The notes beneath the pieces were generated by a model that had not been told where the DNA came from, searched no databases, and was given only the letters and a program-made list of their open reading frames with translations. A stretch of 63,994 nt of DNA, the filler included, from Collodictyon triciliatum (lineage: Eukaryota), in NCBI GenBank assembly GCA_043381765.1. It is 16 parts of 16 records of this genome, joined end to end, with 100 filler letters (N's around TTAATTAATTAA, not from the genome) between each part and the next. Parts side by side here need not be neighbours in the genome. Positions count along the whole stretch, not along the records: positions 37,618 to 41,685 come from JBHJMP010006525.1; positions 41,786 to 45,853 come from JBHJMP010006526.1; positions 45,954 to 50,018 come from JBHJMP010006527.1; 13 more parts are not named here. The stretch is one strand, 5' to 3'. Positions within the stretch are counted from its first letter, which is position 1. Each line of letters begins with the position of its first letter. Position numbers and translations under genes: made by a program. This document shows, piece after piece, positions 37,618-50,118 of the stretch.

Positions 37618-38960
37618 GGCCCGCAGGCTAACAGATGCGCTCGCCTCCTTCTTGAAAGCGAACAAACTTTGGGAAGAGTCCATCCAATTGCGCTTACCGG
37701 ACAGCGAAGGCCTTTGACTCATTGCCTTCCGCACCGCAGATGACGCCCGAAAGCTTCTAGAGCTGAAGCAGTTAAGTTTGAGCGATATTACGAGCAGCTT
37801 CAAAAAAAAAACTAAAACAACAGACCTCGTTGATGCTCTACTAACTACTGCTGGACGTGTGGCCGCAAATCCTTCGTGAGGAGCTGAAGCCGTTCAGACC
37901 GACCCACGTGGAGATAAAAAAGGACAAAGGCTTCTTCACAGACATGGCCGTGGTGAAGCTTCTTTGTCATAAGAACCAGCTCCCTGCAAAGTTTACGGTC
38001 ATGGGTAAAAGGTGTCCAAAGTGCATCCTCAAAGAGCGTCCACCAGCCGCGAACAACGAATGACAAGTAAAAGCCCCGCAAAAGAATACAACCGCCAAGC
38101 AGACAAGCAGCAACGGGGTCAAGGAAGCCAAGGCCAGACAACAACAGATTCCGCAAGACTCAGCAGATATGCGCATACAGCAACAGCGACGACGACATGG
38201 AAGGAAATCTCGGTTCCTCTTCAGAATCCTCGCACTCGAGCCCTCCACCGCCAACGCCGGAGAAGTCCGTACATTGCAAGACCCAAGTGCAGCGCATCTC
38301 CAAACCCCGAAAGAAATTCCCCTTAAACTACCCATTCAGACTGACGTGAACATGGTTAACATAGGAGGCATCAAGGGAGTCTTCGTTACTTATCCGAAAG
38401 TATACTCCAAAGCGAAGCCAGCACAAGAATCAGCGCCCACAAAAGATAGACCGTTTATCCTGCTCCAGCCCGTCGCACCGAGAACCAAGGAGCAAGAGCA
38501 AACAGAAAAAGTTGAATCCAAGCTTGGAACTTCACACACCGAAGACAGTCCGAGCAAGCAGGGGCGTATGTTTCTAAAACCACACATGCGTATCCATATT
38601 CTGGTTAGGTGAAGTCCACTGCCGGATACGCATGGTTCCGAAACCAGGGGATTGTCAAGCGCCACTTCCGATAATACCAGACAAACAACGATGTATTGCT
38701 TTTTATCAGAGTCGCCCAGCAAGAAACGCAAGGATAGTGACCCGTTGTCCCCTCAATAGACTCATCCAGCGGAATGAAATAGGATGTAAACCTTGTCCGA
38801 GATAGATGGTTGAAAGGAATGACCAGAATCGATTTGAGAAGTAACAGCCATGTGCGTACTTTCATCGACCCGACAACTTTGTCCGCTCTCCTGTCAGTCT
38901 CGTATGCAATCAAAAATTACATTTGAGTTTGGCTCATCTCCCTACATTGGTTTGCGGGAG
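37618..38960 (+). mobile_element. Decayed probable LINE ORF1 copy (same family as 4178-5170 and 12310-12436)
   Basis: Extended nucleotide similarity to both; premature stops. Confidence 0.65.
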
Positions 38961-39677
38961 AATTTTCTCATAGGCTTCAAATTTCTAACTTATCCATATC
39001 TCTTATAGCTAATGAGATCCAACGATACAACCAAGGCCCTACCGTAATCCCCTACAAAACATATTTTATCTGAAGAAAAAATTGATAAAGTACTCGCATA
39101 TTTTTTTTTCCTTTATTCGATTCAAAGTGTAGCGAGGTTATGCCAGACAATGGGGCGGAATGGGAGCACGTAGGAGAGAGCAGACGCGGGTAGGGGAAGA
39201 CAGTACCATAGAGAGGGTAGCACTGGAAAAAAATCAGTGATAGCGAGTTGGTCATTAAGTACTCGCTTGTATTCAGATTAGGGAAATTAGAGAAACTATT
39301 GATAAAATATTCAGAACATCCAATTACGAAGTTGAATGGAATAATGAGGGAATTCACAAATGCATATTCTCTAATGGATATCTCAGACTAAACAACTTCC
39401 AAAACTACAACACTTCTGAATCTCTTCCTTGACTACTTGCTAGCGTCTTAATATCAAGAATATCTCTCCACAGTTGAATAAACTGAAACGGTGTTACTGG
39501 AAGCAAATTAGTACTCCGCTTTGATATATTCTCAATATGTCTTTGATGAAACAAAAATTGCTTACTCACACAGTTCACTAGAGTAATTATGGTTCTGATT
39601 TTATACTTTCAATACATTAAGAGCTACATCCCCTCTACAATATTTCATCGCAAATTGTGTTTGAATAAAAAATTCAT

Positions 39678-40753
39678 TTATTCAGCTCTTACAAAACAAT
39701 ACTCGATGTAATAGTAAGACCGTATGATATTCCCATTCCCATCTCTTGCTTCCTTCGATCTCAGAGGGTTACGATGGAACCATTTTAGTCCAACACTGTT
39801 CAACTTCATGATGAAATCTGTGACCTGTAATATCAATAGTGAGAAACAGCTTCACCCTATGCTGACAAAAACATACCATCTTGGAGTAATTATCGACTGG
39901 ATCCACATCGAAGAAGTGAAATTCAATAAAAAACTGATTTATGAGAATTTTGTTCTCTAATATGTCTTCCATAATTCCCCACTCGCTGTTTTCTATATCG
40001 ACTTTGCATATGTCAATACGGTTATGACCCAAGGTCTTCATTATTGATGACAAGCGCAGCCTATAAGGAAGCTATTTTATTAACTATACTGGTACCATTT
40101 TGACAAAGTTTCTTACACTGGGAGACCTATGTAGTTTTCCCCGTCAGGATTCATATTCGGATTGGCCCCAAACTGGTTGTTTCCCTTTCCAGGGACTTTA
40201 AAACTTACAGTACCATCGTACTTGTACAGTCCCAGCTCATGAAATTTCCATTTGTCTGGCTTGTTTCTATGTAAAACCATCTAAGAGATCGCAGAAAATT
40301 ATTAGATTATTACTATACCTGGTATTGGTGAAACACTTGACTCCTGTTGGTGTAGGGTCGAACGCGTGGACTTCGCAACCAATGTTGGAAATGACAGCTA
40401 AGTCAAACGCTGGGTCACTTCCGAGACCAAAGCTGTACACGATGCTTGATTCGTTTAGATCAGATGTGAAGCAGGTCATCCAGCCACCTTCCCCTACGCC
40501 TAATAAAAAATCAGTTTACTGAGAATGTAACATTATTCTCTCCATTTCGAACCCATTTTCCGATGATCAGGACATCTGTACTGGGGCACGAACATGCTGT
40601 GATTTCTGGCAGTTCTCACTTGGGGGGCCTACAAGTGCGTTAAAAAAGGCGATTTTTTTCTCTGATGGATATAGAACTCACTGCAAATGGATATGCATTG
40701 ATGCAGCTAGCGTAGCACACCGAGATCAATACAAAACAGTTGAAAAGCCGCAT
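39678..40753 (-). CDS. Secreted SAM-dependent methyltransferase (METTL24/FkbM-like), 6 exons
   Basis: Signal peptide MRLFNCFVLISVCYASC; GEGGWMTC; IVYSFGLGSDPAFD; CEVHAFDPT; IDICKVDIENSEW; QFFIEFH; fully in frame with GT-AG introns. Confidence 0.88.
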
Positions 40754-41288
40754 GGTCGGTTGATTTTCCAGGTTTTCTACGATAAGCAGGAGTATAGCAA
40801 GAAATAAGTTAACTATTAATCCCCCGTCCCCGTCTCAGCATGGATAGAGCGAATGGACATGTATTATTCTGTTGTCGATTTGTTTGAAAATTGTTTACTT
40901 AATTTTTCTACATATACTATTGATAATTAAAACAATTCGATTATCGTTAATTTTTGTTGGACTAAGTTGAACACATATGTAATAAAAATAAACCCTGCAT
41001 TCACGAAGAGTCATATTGATCAACGAACACTGCTCGGCTGGCATATCCGTTCGTGCGCGATACATTTGGAACTGCAAGCACGAAGAAAGGTAACCTTTTG
41101 CAACCAAAAACCACTAAGTGAAAGGTTTGAATGGTATATATCCTGTTTCACTCGTGAGTAGTGTATGATATTTAAGACTGAAATAAAAGATTACAGCTCT
41201 GTGGCGATGTTACAAACGCCTTATCAAATCAGAACATCCCATTTTGATACACAGTCCACAAGGTTAACTCTAGAGACAAACCAAATAA

Positions 41289-41685
41289 TTTTTTACTCTA
41301 AAAATCTTAGCTGTTGAGCCCGTCCCAACTACCTTTCATTCAACCATCAGGCAAGTAGTTCCAAAGTGGGTGGGGATATGTGGGAGATAGAAAAAGAAAA
41401 ACAGGGATATTGAAACAAGTAGATACAGGGAAAAGACATGTCCTTGAGTCATGATAACAGACACATGGATTTCTTTTGGGGACGCGTGATAGTGTCCCGC
41501 AAGCATGAGGAAAATAGACGGGAAAATTGGTTTGGCTGGTGGAAGTGGAATACTGCCTTGATGCCACAAGGTGTCAAAAAGGATGGTGAAAAGAGAAGTG
41601 AGGTTCGTTTGATAAGCACTAGGTCGAGTGCAAAGAGGACTTCTCTGCATGGTTGACTCACCTCCTTCCAGACCGTATTAGGGTC
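41289..41685 (-). mobile_element. Second, diverged copy of the family-B LINE-like 3' end
   Basis: CREVLFALDLV and terminal GTTGGGACGGGCTCAACAGC match 7718-8260. Confidence 0.6.
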
Positions 41686-43509
41686 NNNNNNNNNNNNNNN
41701 NNNNNNNNNNNNNNNNNNNNNNNNNNNNNTTAATTAATTAANNNNNNNNNNNNNNNNNNNNNNNNNNNNNNNNNNNNNNNNNNNNTACAGCTTCCTGAAC
41801 AGTCTGCTGAAACACGCTCGCATTCTTCGCTACTCTGACCGCAAGCGAAGAGAGATGTGGGAATGTGTCGTAAGATATCTCCCATGCGCTCCCATCCCGC
41901 CCCTTTGTATGGCATAACCTCGCTACACTTTGAATCGAATAAAGGAAAAAAAAAGTCTGAATCCTCTTTGTCGAACAGATATTTTTTTCTATAAAGTTAA
42001 ATTAGAATTGTGGTTTGAAGAAGAAAGCTTAGAAATGTGTTTTGCTCTGGTGTCTTCTTAAAGCAATTTAATATTTATTTTTTTCTTTCTCTCATCTCCA
42101 CCAAAGGGCACACAAACGAAGCGAAACCAAAGCATCATAGCGTTATTTCTCATACACCATTTAATTTTTTTTATAAGTCCAAAAAAGACACATACAAATG
42201 TATGTTGCAACGCGTTTTTTGGCGTTGCCATCATATCCTTCTGCTCAATTCCTGCGGTTGTCGCGTGCGCCTCTCGGCAAATGGCTTTGGGCTTTGTGTT
42301 GTTATTGGTTGACCAGCTAGTAACCACACGAAGATTCAATGAAAAACACGGGTGACCAATCTGTGGTTATGTGTGTATAAAGTCGCCACGGGGCTCTCCG
42401 TCGCGAGCAACATATTGACAACGACATCATAGAAGACTGAGTGGGTGCGAAGATGCACAGAGAGCCGGGGGAGGGGGTTGGCCGGTGGCAAATGTAGTGA
42501 GTTACTGGGGCGACCGCTTGCAAGAGGCTGACCTGGCTTTATCCCACCGTACTGGCCAGAGTTTGCAAGGCAAGCTGAATGGGATAGACGGAGACTATTT
42601 TTTTTTTTTCAAAGGAAAACAAAAGGAGACAAAAGAGGTGTGAGTGTGTACGAGTGTGGGACTGCAGTGGATAGAGGGCATTGTTGATCGCAACTGTGTG
42701 ATCGCTGGGTCAACATACGGTCACCTCCACTGACGTGATTCAGGAGAGCGATCACTGTTGATCGGCTGAAGAACTGGCACACTATGCCTACCTCCTTTCC
42801 TTTTTTCTTCTAAGGCAAGATCACGTGATTTACGGTCATAGAGTAACTGCCTTAGAACCCGCTCGAATATAGCCTGAATATGTGGTATTCCCCCCCCTCG
42901 TTTTCCCTCACCTGAATGCGCGTTGGCTGAGAGCACAACAAACCCACCTACTTTGTTACGGGGACTAATATTCTAAAAAAAAAAAAGTAAAGAGAGGGAA
43001 GACAAACGAATACTAGTCTACCGACTTGTCCCCATTTCTTTGGAATGGAGGAAAACTATGGTGTTGCACTCCTGACTTTTGGACTGCACCATTCCCAACA
43101 AATTCGCCCAGCTGCACGCTCACTCATTCACGCACACCCCGCCCACTGTTTCCCAGCAGACCACATTTAGAAACAAGAATTATTTAGAGAGATCGAGAGT
43201 GCAAATATCCCACCTCAAACAATCAGAAGTGAATCGTTACTGGAGAATGTCTGTCGAAGCATCCATGAATGCACGCAGATGTTGGAAAACCCCTCGCAGT
43301 CCCCCTCCCTCATAGAAAACAAGTCCGCAAAGAAAGGCCAAAGCAGCAGCTGGGGCTGCGCCTGTCCTCGAGCAGAGGCAACGCCCGGGCTCTTTGGCGA
43401 CTCACCGTTGCATAGCCCTCCCCACCTTCTCACACACCCCACCTCTCCTTGTGGCTCTGGCCCACCAAACGCAGAAGCCCACCGACCCCCCCCAGACACA
43501 GCACAGACC

Positions 43510-44760
43510 ATGGCGGACCTGAAACTAGTCGACCTGAGAAAAGACTTCAGCGCAAAGATCCTGCACGACTTCTACATCGACTGCGTAGTGCCGTGCTTCG
43601 GGATGTTCAAGGACGTGATGGAGGACGAGGAGGAGTGGCGCCGCCGGTAAGCAACAAGCAGCAGCGAGAGGATGCAGTGGAGGGAGGGGCGCGAGTACCG
43701 TACTAAATCGTTGTTGCTTCTCTCCTCCTTTTCCCTTTATTTCTTTCTCTTGGACTGTCGGGCTGCAGGCTGACCACGCCCGAGGACGAGTGCCGCTTCA
43801 TCTTCCACATCGTCGTGGGCATCGACCGCGAGAGCGACAAGGTGCTGGGCGGCCTGGCCTTCGAGTACTACAAGGAGTCCAACTGCGGGCTGTACACGTA
43901 TGCCGCCGCCTCGCCCGAGAGCCGCGGGAAGGGCCTTGCCAAGCTGTTTGTGGACGAGGTCTTCAACACCGTCAACGCCGACGCCCGCAAGTGTGAGTGT
44001 CTCTTTCCTTCCGATCCTTATGTGGAACGTTGCCACGCCCATCCGTGCCCCGCCCAGTACCCTCTCGCTCACGCCCGTCTTTTCGCTTAGATCACGGCAC
44101 CGACTGCAGGGTATGCGCCCACCACCCCACCACCCTGTTATCGCCCGTTGCGCACCCACCCTATTTGCTCACCCCACCCCACCCCACCCCACCAGGCCAT
44201 CTTCATCGAGTGCAACTCGCCCCTCAAGGTCAGCGCCGAGGACGACTCCATGATCCCCCTTGAACGGATAAGGTGCGGCGCCCACCATCTGATCACACCT
44301 GCCCATCCCTCCGCCCACCATCTGATCACATCTGCCCACCCCTCTGCCCACCCCTCTGCCCACCATCTGTTCACATCTACCCACCCCTCCGCCCACCCTC
44401 TCGTCCCGCAGAATGTTCTCCAAGATGGGGTACCGCTTCCTGGACTTCCCGTACGTGCAGCCGGCCCTCGCGCAGGACAAGGGCAAGTGCCACGACCTGG
44501 TGGTGGGCGTCCACTCGCACTTCCTGATGGTCAACCCGGAGGCCAAGGTCGCCGGCCTCAAGGACTCGGCCTATCCGGACGTGGCCAAGGTGGTGCCCTC
44601 CAAGATCCTGCTCGACTGGATCACCGACGTCTTTGTCTCCTTTGCCGGCCCCGAGAGCCTGGTCGAGGACGCCGACTACATCAAGATCAAGGAGTACCTG
44701 TCCGAGCGGAGTTTCGTGAGGGTGGCGCCCTCTCTGCACCCGCCCCAGGCATCCTTGTAG
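43510..44760 (+). CDS. GNAT-family N-acetyltransferase (exons 43510-43646, 43769-43992, 44091-44110, 44196-44272, 44412-44760)
   Basis: LGGLAFEYYKESNCGLYTYAAASPESRGKGLAK (acetyl-CoA-binding motif A); AIFIEC; MGYRFLDFPYVQPAL; splicing keeps the frame. Confidence 0.85.
44281..44400 (+). repeat. Intronic C-rich minisatellite (GCCCACCATCTGATCACA / GCCCACCCCTCT variants)
   Basis: Directly visible imperfect tandem units. Confidence 0.75.
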
Positions 44761-45953
44761 AAGGTCGCCTCTCCCCACGCCCTCCCTTTCCCTCTTTGAT
44801 GCTCCTTGTTCTTGTGTCCAGACACCGCCTCACCAATGTGCACATCTCGCTCTCCCGTCACGGTCCTCGTCTAAACCCATCCCTCCTCCTTTTCCTCTTC
44901 TTCCTCTTCCAGGCCCACGCCGGTCCCTCTTCAAGGTCGCGCCGCACACATTGGACCCTTTTCCGTTCCGTTCTGTTCCTTTCCTTTTTTTTCTTTAAAT
45001 CTCGACAACTTTTTCTTCCCTGCCTCCCCCGCTCCCGCTCTCCCTGAGCTCTCTTCCCAATTCGACTCCAGTCTGGGTAACGTCATCTTAGTCCCACTGT
45101 TGCGCCCTGTCCGGCTCCCCACCCCCGACGCAGGCCCGCTGCAGTTGTATTAATATGCTGGGCTTCCAGTTTATCCTTCGCCTTCCCCGCCCCCAACGCG
45201 CGGTCGGGTGGCCACATCCCCTTTCTTATCGCATCTCAGAACAACACTTCCCCTCCCCTCCGTCCTCCCGCCCTTTGCATTATTTCTCCCTCCCATGGAC
45301 GACAGACACACACATCCCTCGTGCTCATCGGTCAGTTTGTGTCCCGTCCGTCATAATCGGTGTTGTTTCAAAACAGTAGCCCCTTGGCTGTATTCGTGCT
45401 TTATGGACGCCTCTTCCCCTTTCACTAATGGAGCTACTCTAATCGCTCCCCACGTCACCACCGCCTCTCTTATCTCATCCTTGCAAGGCCCCTTCTACTT
45501 TCCTCCATCTCCCCTGTCCACATCCTGTCTTCGGCGCGAACCTCAAAATTTTTTTAAAAAGATAAACAATCCCCCAAAGGAACCTGAGTGATGCAAATGA
45601 CTTTGTGTGAAGATTTCGAGAGTTCGCTGTCAATCCCTCACAGGAACAAGAGGTGGCAGAGAAGAGCGAATTCGTGCAGTTTTCCCAGCAGACATGCACC
45701 CATTCCTATCATCCTCATCTTTTTTTCTTTTTCATTTATTCTTCCTCCAATCCATGTTTGGTGGTGGGTGTGCGCGTTGGCCGAAAAAAAAAGCTCTATG
45801 ATGCTCCCTTTTTAGAAGAGTCCGTTCTTCAGTATTTTTTTTTTTGGATGTTTNNNNNNNNNNNNNNNNNNNNNNNNNNNNNNNNNNNNNNNNNNNNTTA
45901 ATTAATTAANNNNNNNNNNNNNNNNNNNNNNNNNNNNNNNNNNNNNNNNNNNN

Positions 45954-46061
45954 AACTTGAACTTGAACTTGAACTTGAACTTGAACTTGAACTTGAACTT
46001 GAACTTGAACTTGAACTTGAACTTGAACTTGAACTTGAACTTGAACTTGAACTTGAACTTG
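45954..46061 (+). repeat. (AACTTG)n hexanucleotide tandem repeat
   Basis: About 18 perfect units at the contig start. Confidence 0.95.
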
Positions 46062-46201
46062 AGCTTTGCTGGTACTCGGCCGAAGGAACACAAGCGCTAT
46101 TACAACAGCTTCCCTCTGGGCTCTGAAACTGGCTGATACCACACATAATGGGCTAAAGGTGGCGACACATCTCTTCTAGCTGAACGCAGTTTTGACTCAG
46201 G

Positions 46202-48510
46202 ATGAGCGATCAACCCAAGAGTGGAGGGCAGAACAGCAACGGTGAAGCAGCTTCCTCTTCTCGTCCTTTTTTTCCCCCTTTGTTCATCCTTTTCTTAAAG
46301 CTGTGTGATGTGAGTGTCGAGCCAAAAGTTCATGCTTTTCCTTCTGCAAAATGCAGAAGAAGACGAATACGAGTACGAATATGAAGAACATGGGGTTGAG
46401 GTTTGCAGTTTCCATTCCATCAAAATACGACATAGCTCATCCATCCATAGCATATCCTTTCTGATTCCTTTGTTCTTTTCACACGTTTTGTTTTTCGCTT
46501 TTATTTCCCATTAACTCCCCTATTAATGTTTTATGTGATTCTTTTTGAATCATGTGTCACATGTAGCCTTCACTGTGTTTATTTTAACCTCTAGTTTCTA
46601 ATTAATAAAGAATATGGCCGGACCTTCTGAACCGCGTTCGTTCGATCCTACAGAGTATCCATTTGGACCACCTACACGGGATGATATGCCATTGGTGGAG
46701 AATATACAGAAGAGCAGCTCACAATCGATGGAAAATATTCTCTTATCGGAGATTCGTGTTCTGAAAGAGGTACACTTATTTAGACTTCGTTCGAATAAGT
46801 CGGTGATTATAATTAATTATGTGTTAATGATAAACATCTTTTAATACTTTGCTGTGAATTTTTTTCTTGGTGTGCACTTCTCGATACGTAATCGACAATA
46901 TTCCTTCATGTATATTTTACGATGAATAGAAAATTGCTGCTCTGAACAGCCAGGTCCAGAAATTCGATAGGGAAAACAGCAGGCTTCGAAGGCAAAGAGA
47001 CATCTTTCAATCACCATTGAGAGAAACCTCGGAATTATTATTAGCGGTAAGTTTCTATCTCATGGAGACTGATTCGTAACCTCAATAATCAATTCATTAA
47101 AATACAAACACAGATTCAAGAAAGAAATGCTCAAATGGAAAATGAGCTTAATGAGCTAACTGAGGATAGAGACGGTGCACATTATTCTGGATATGCCGAT
47201 TGTTATTTTACTTATTTTTTTTTTACATTTAAATTTGATTATTTTTTTTGAAAACCATCGTTATTAAGTATCTATCTCTCTTACTTAAACAAAAATTAAA
47301 CAATATACGAAATATATAGAGCTTGCAGAAATGGTTGAGACCTTAACAGATGGGAATCGTCGTCTCTTCTTACAAATCGAAGTTTGTGAAAATAACAGCA
47401 TCACCGAAACCATGACACATATAAATTACCGAGAAAAAAACAGAAAAAGAATTGGCTCTAAATGAGTACACATAGGAAGATAGACGAATTATCCGAGATG
47501 CCGAAGAAATGATTTCCATACTCCGCTCGTCGTTAGAAGAGTAATTTAAAAATGGAGTCCGTTTCTCAATCAACATAAACAAACCAATTTTAATACGACT
47601 TTTCATTCCCCATTCAGATCCAAGAAGCAACAAGATGTGCTTTCTGAGGTATTCTCCCAATCCCGTTCTTTCTCCTTAGCTTCTATTTGAAGTCAGTGAT
47701 GTCCCTATGAGGGAAGTAATTGAGCTCATTGAATGCATCACACTCTTTCCCCCTTAATCACGAGAATAGAAACCAACGCCCCATTATCCATCTAAATTTG
47801 ATTGGTACATACATTATGTGTGGTATTCGCAGAACCAACGCAGCAATCAGAGCGACATGCAAACAAGTGCAGAGCTTCTCCGGCTCTGGCGCCGCCTGCA
47901 GGAGACATCCTTGGACCGCCTCAATCCACAGCGAGCGCAGAATGCACAACCGCGAGACGAGGTGCAAGGCAATCGCCAAGGAGCCTCAAGCCGCCTAATA
48001 CGCCCAGCCTTTGAAGAACTTGTCGAAATCTCCAACACTGAAATAGAAAAGATTCTTGAGGATGCATCCCTGATAAGCACAGCGCTGACCGCAGAACCCA
48101 GTCTTGCAGCCCAATCTCCACTCCCATCAACCATACGGGCGCAATCAACAACAGCATCACAATCGCCGCAAGGCCTAGATTCTGAAAGAAATGGCGTTGA
48201 GCAGCAGGACGCCACCCAAATGGCTGCGCATCTGCAGGAACTCGTGATTGAAAATGCAGAGCTTCGTCGCCGCCTCAATGATTACTCCTCGGAACTGATG
48301 CGCAATACAATTCAAAAGATGGACGAATTTGACAAAACCTACCAACAAGAGCAAGCCGAATGCTCGACTCCTTCGCCCAGTAAAAAAGGTTCGAAGACTC
48401 CAAAATCACGCAGGACTCGCCGCCCGGATGGAGCTCTCCAATACCCAAACAACCCGTATGCACAGCCGCCTCACCAAGGGGATGGGAGTGGGTTTTGTGT
48501 GATCAGCTAA
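46202..48510 (+). CDS. Coiled-coil protein with C-terminal CaaX box (CVIS), about 9 exons
   Basis: All GT-AG exons splice in frame from MSDQPKS; heptad-rich segments; ends GSGFCVIS*. Confidence 0.8.
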
Positions 48511-48653
48511 ACAAGAGATGAAGAAAAAGAATAGTAATCAGACAGATTTACACAGAAACGAACAGAGTATAACAAGACAAAAGAAAAAGACCTGATGTAT
48601 GAAAGTGACAAGTGAACGAACAAGCTACGGTGACATTCGACTGAATAACTTTC

Positions 48654-48702
<49 letters not shown>

Positions 48703-49469
48703 AAGGAGGGCAAAAACAGGCATTATAAAGTCTGCGGATTGTTGGGCATAATAGTTTGTGTTAGTCTTTTAATCTCTAAGAAAACGATTTGTTTTATTTG
48801 TTGCTCCTTTGGTCCCTCTTTTGTGTGTGCTAAAAACGCGGAGCTAATAGTTTGAAAGCAATTAAGTGTCATTATGTCTATATGATTGAAAACAAAAACT
48901 CAAACACAAGCAGGCAAACAAACAAAAAAGAAAAAAAAAAGGCAAAAGCAGAAGGGAAAAATTCATTCGTATGAAACAGTACTGAGTTAAGCCACTCGCA
49001 ACTTATTTAACCATCATTATAACCATCCACGAACCATCAAGCAAAATATCGCACCGTGTGAGTTTACTGTTTGCAAATAGAGAAATAAAGATTGGCACAG
49101 TTTGTTTGTTTGTTTATTTATTTATTTATTTTTGGGGTACTGTTCAGGTGTTTTTACAATAGAGTGCGGTCGAGCCATGCAAAAAGGACTGGGTCATTAG
49201 CCACAGACATCGTTGAGTGTTTTAAGACACTGAGAGATTCTGGGATGATGGGAGGTGTTTGGTGAACTGCGCTGTATGCAGATATGAATTCTTGAGGGTT
49301 ATACCTGTGTGATTATTGAGTATCTGTGAATTATACTGATTGCTAGAACGAAATCGCACTTCTTTCTTCATTTCTGCCTTTTTGAATGATATGCTTAGAT
49401 TGAAACTGTTATTCTGCTTCTTGTATCAGCAAAATATTGGTTCCTTTGGTGTCATCAAAACAAATCATC

Positions 49470-49622
49470 TCACAAATCATGCATTCTGGGCCGTCTATCC
49501 AAAGAGCGCAACCACTTCGCATCAACTTGCTTTCCAAGCTTTCGCTCTTCTGTAAAATCCACTTCTGCCGTCACTGCTGGTAGCTTTTCATATGTGTGTC
49601 TTTCTGGAGATCGATTCAAGAC
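49470..49622 (-). CDS. Possible terminal exon of a convergent gene
   Basis: AG-preceded 50-codon frame VLNRSPERH...RPRMHDL*; no homology recognised. Confidence 0.3.
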   Translation of the reverse strand, partial: VLNRSPERHTYEKLPAVTAEVDFTEERKLGKQVDAKWLRSLDRRPRMHDL

Positions 49623-50118
49623 CTTTTGTAGCAGATAATATTAACCGAGGTTAAATATAGGGATATCATAAGGAGTTCGTTCATATGAGTCTATTAAAGC
49701 ATGGCAAAACATGCTGCCTCGTCGATGGTGAAATATTATGTAGGTGGACGTATATATACGTTTTTTTTTTTATTTAATTGCGCATGACATGCACAAAAAA
49801 ATGGCTGTTAGTCGATATCGTGGTATGTTCAGATATTGTGATACTATGAGCAATGTTTTTGTTGATTTATTTTGTCATTATCTCTATTTTCATGTGTTAT
49901 GTTATGTTATGTTATGTTTGTTTGTTTGTTTGTTTGTTTGTTTGTTTGTTTGTTTGTTTGTTTGTTTGTTTGTTTGTTTGTTTGTTTGTTTGTTTGTTTG
50001 TTTGTTTGTTTGTTTGTTNNNNNNNNNNNNNNNNNNNNNNNNNNNNNNNNNNNNNNNNNNNNTTAATTAATTAANNNNNNNNNNNNNNNNNNNNNNNNNN
50101 NNNNNNNNNNNNNNNNNN

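Noticed and set aside
42848-42964. Possible U12 snRNA (TGCCTTA ... CCCACCTACTTTG)
   Set aside because: Lacks the branch-site-pairing GTAAGGA segment and an Sm site; the resemblance is limited to two short words.
45954-46061. (AACTTG)n as a telomeric repeat
   Set aside because: No G-run typical of telomeres; most contigs here end in some microsatellite, so this is an assembly breakpoint.
46452-46594. Second ATATCCTTT (U12-like donor) inside intron 2 of the CaaX gene
   Set aside because: The surrounding GT-AG intron already gives an in-frame join. I found no properly placed branch site plus AC, and no frame-preserving alternative exon; a chance 9-mer is plausible in AT-rich DNA.
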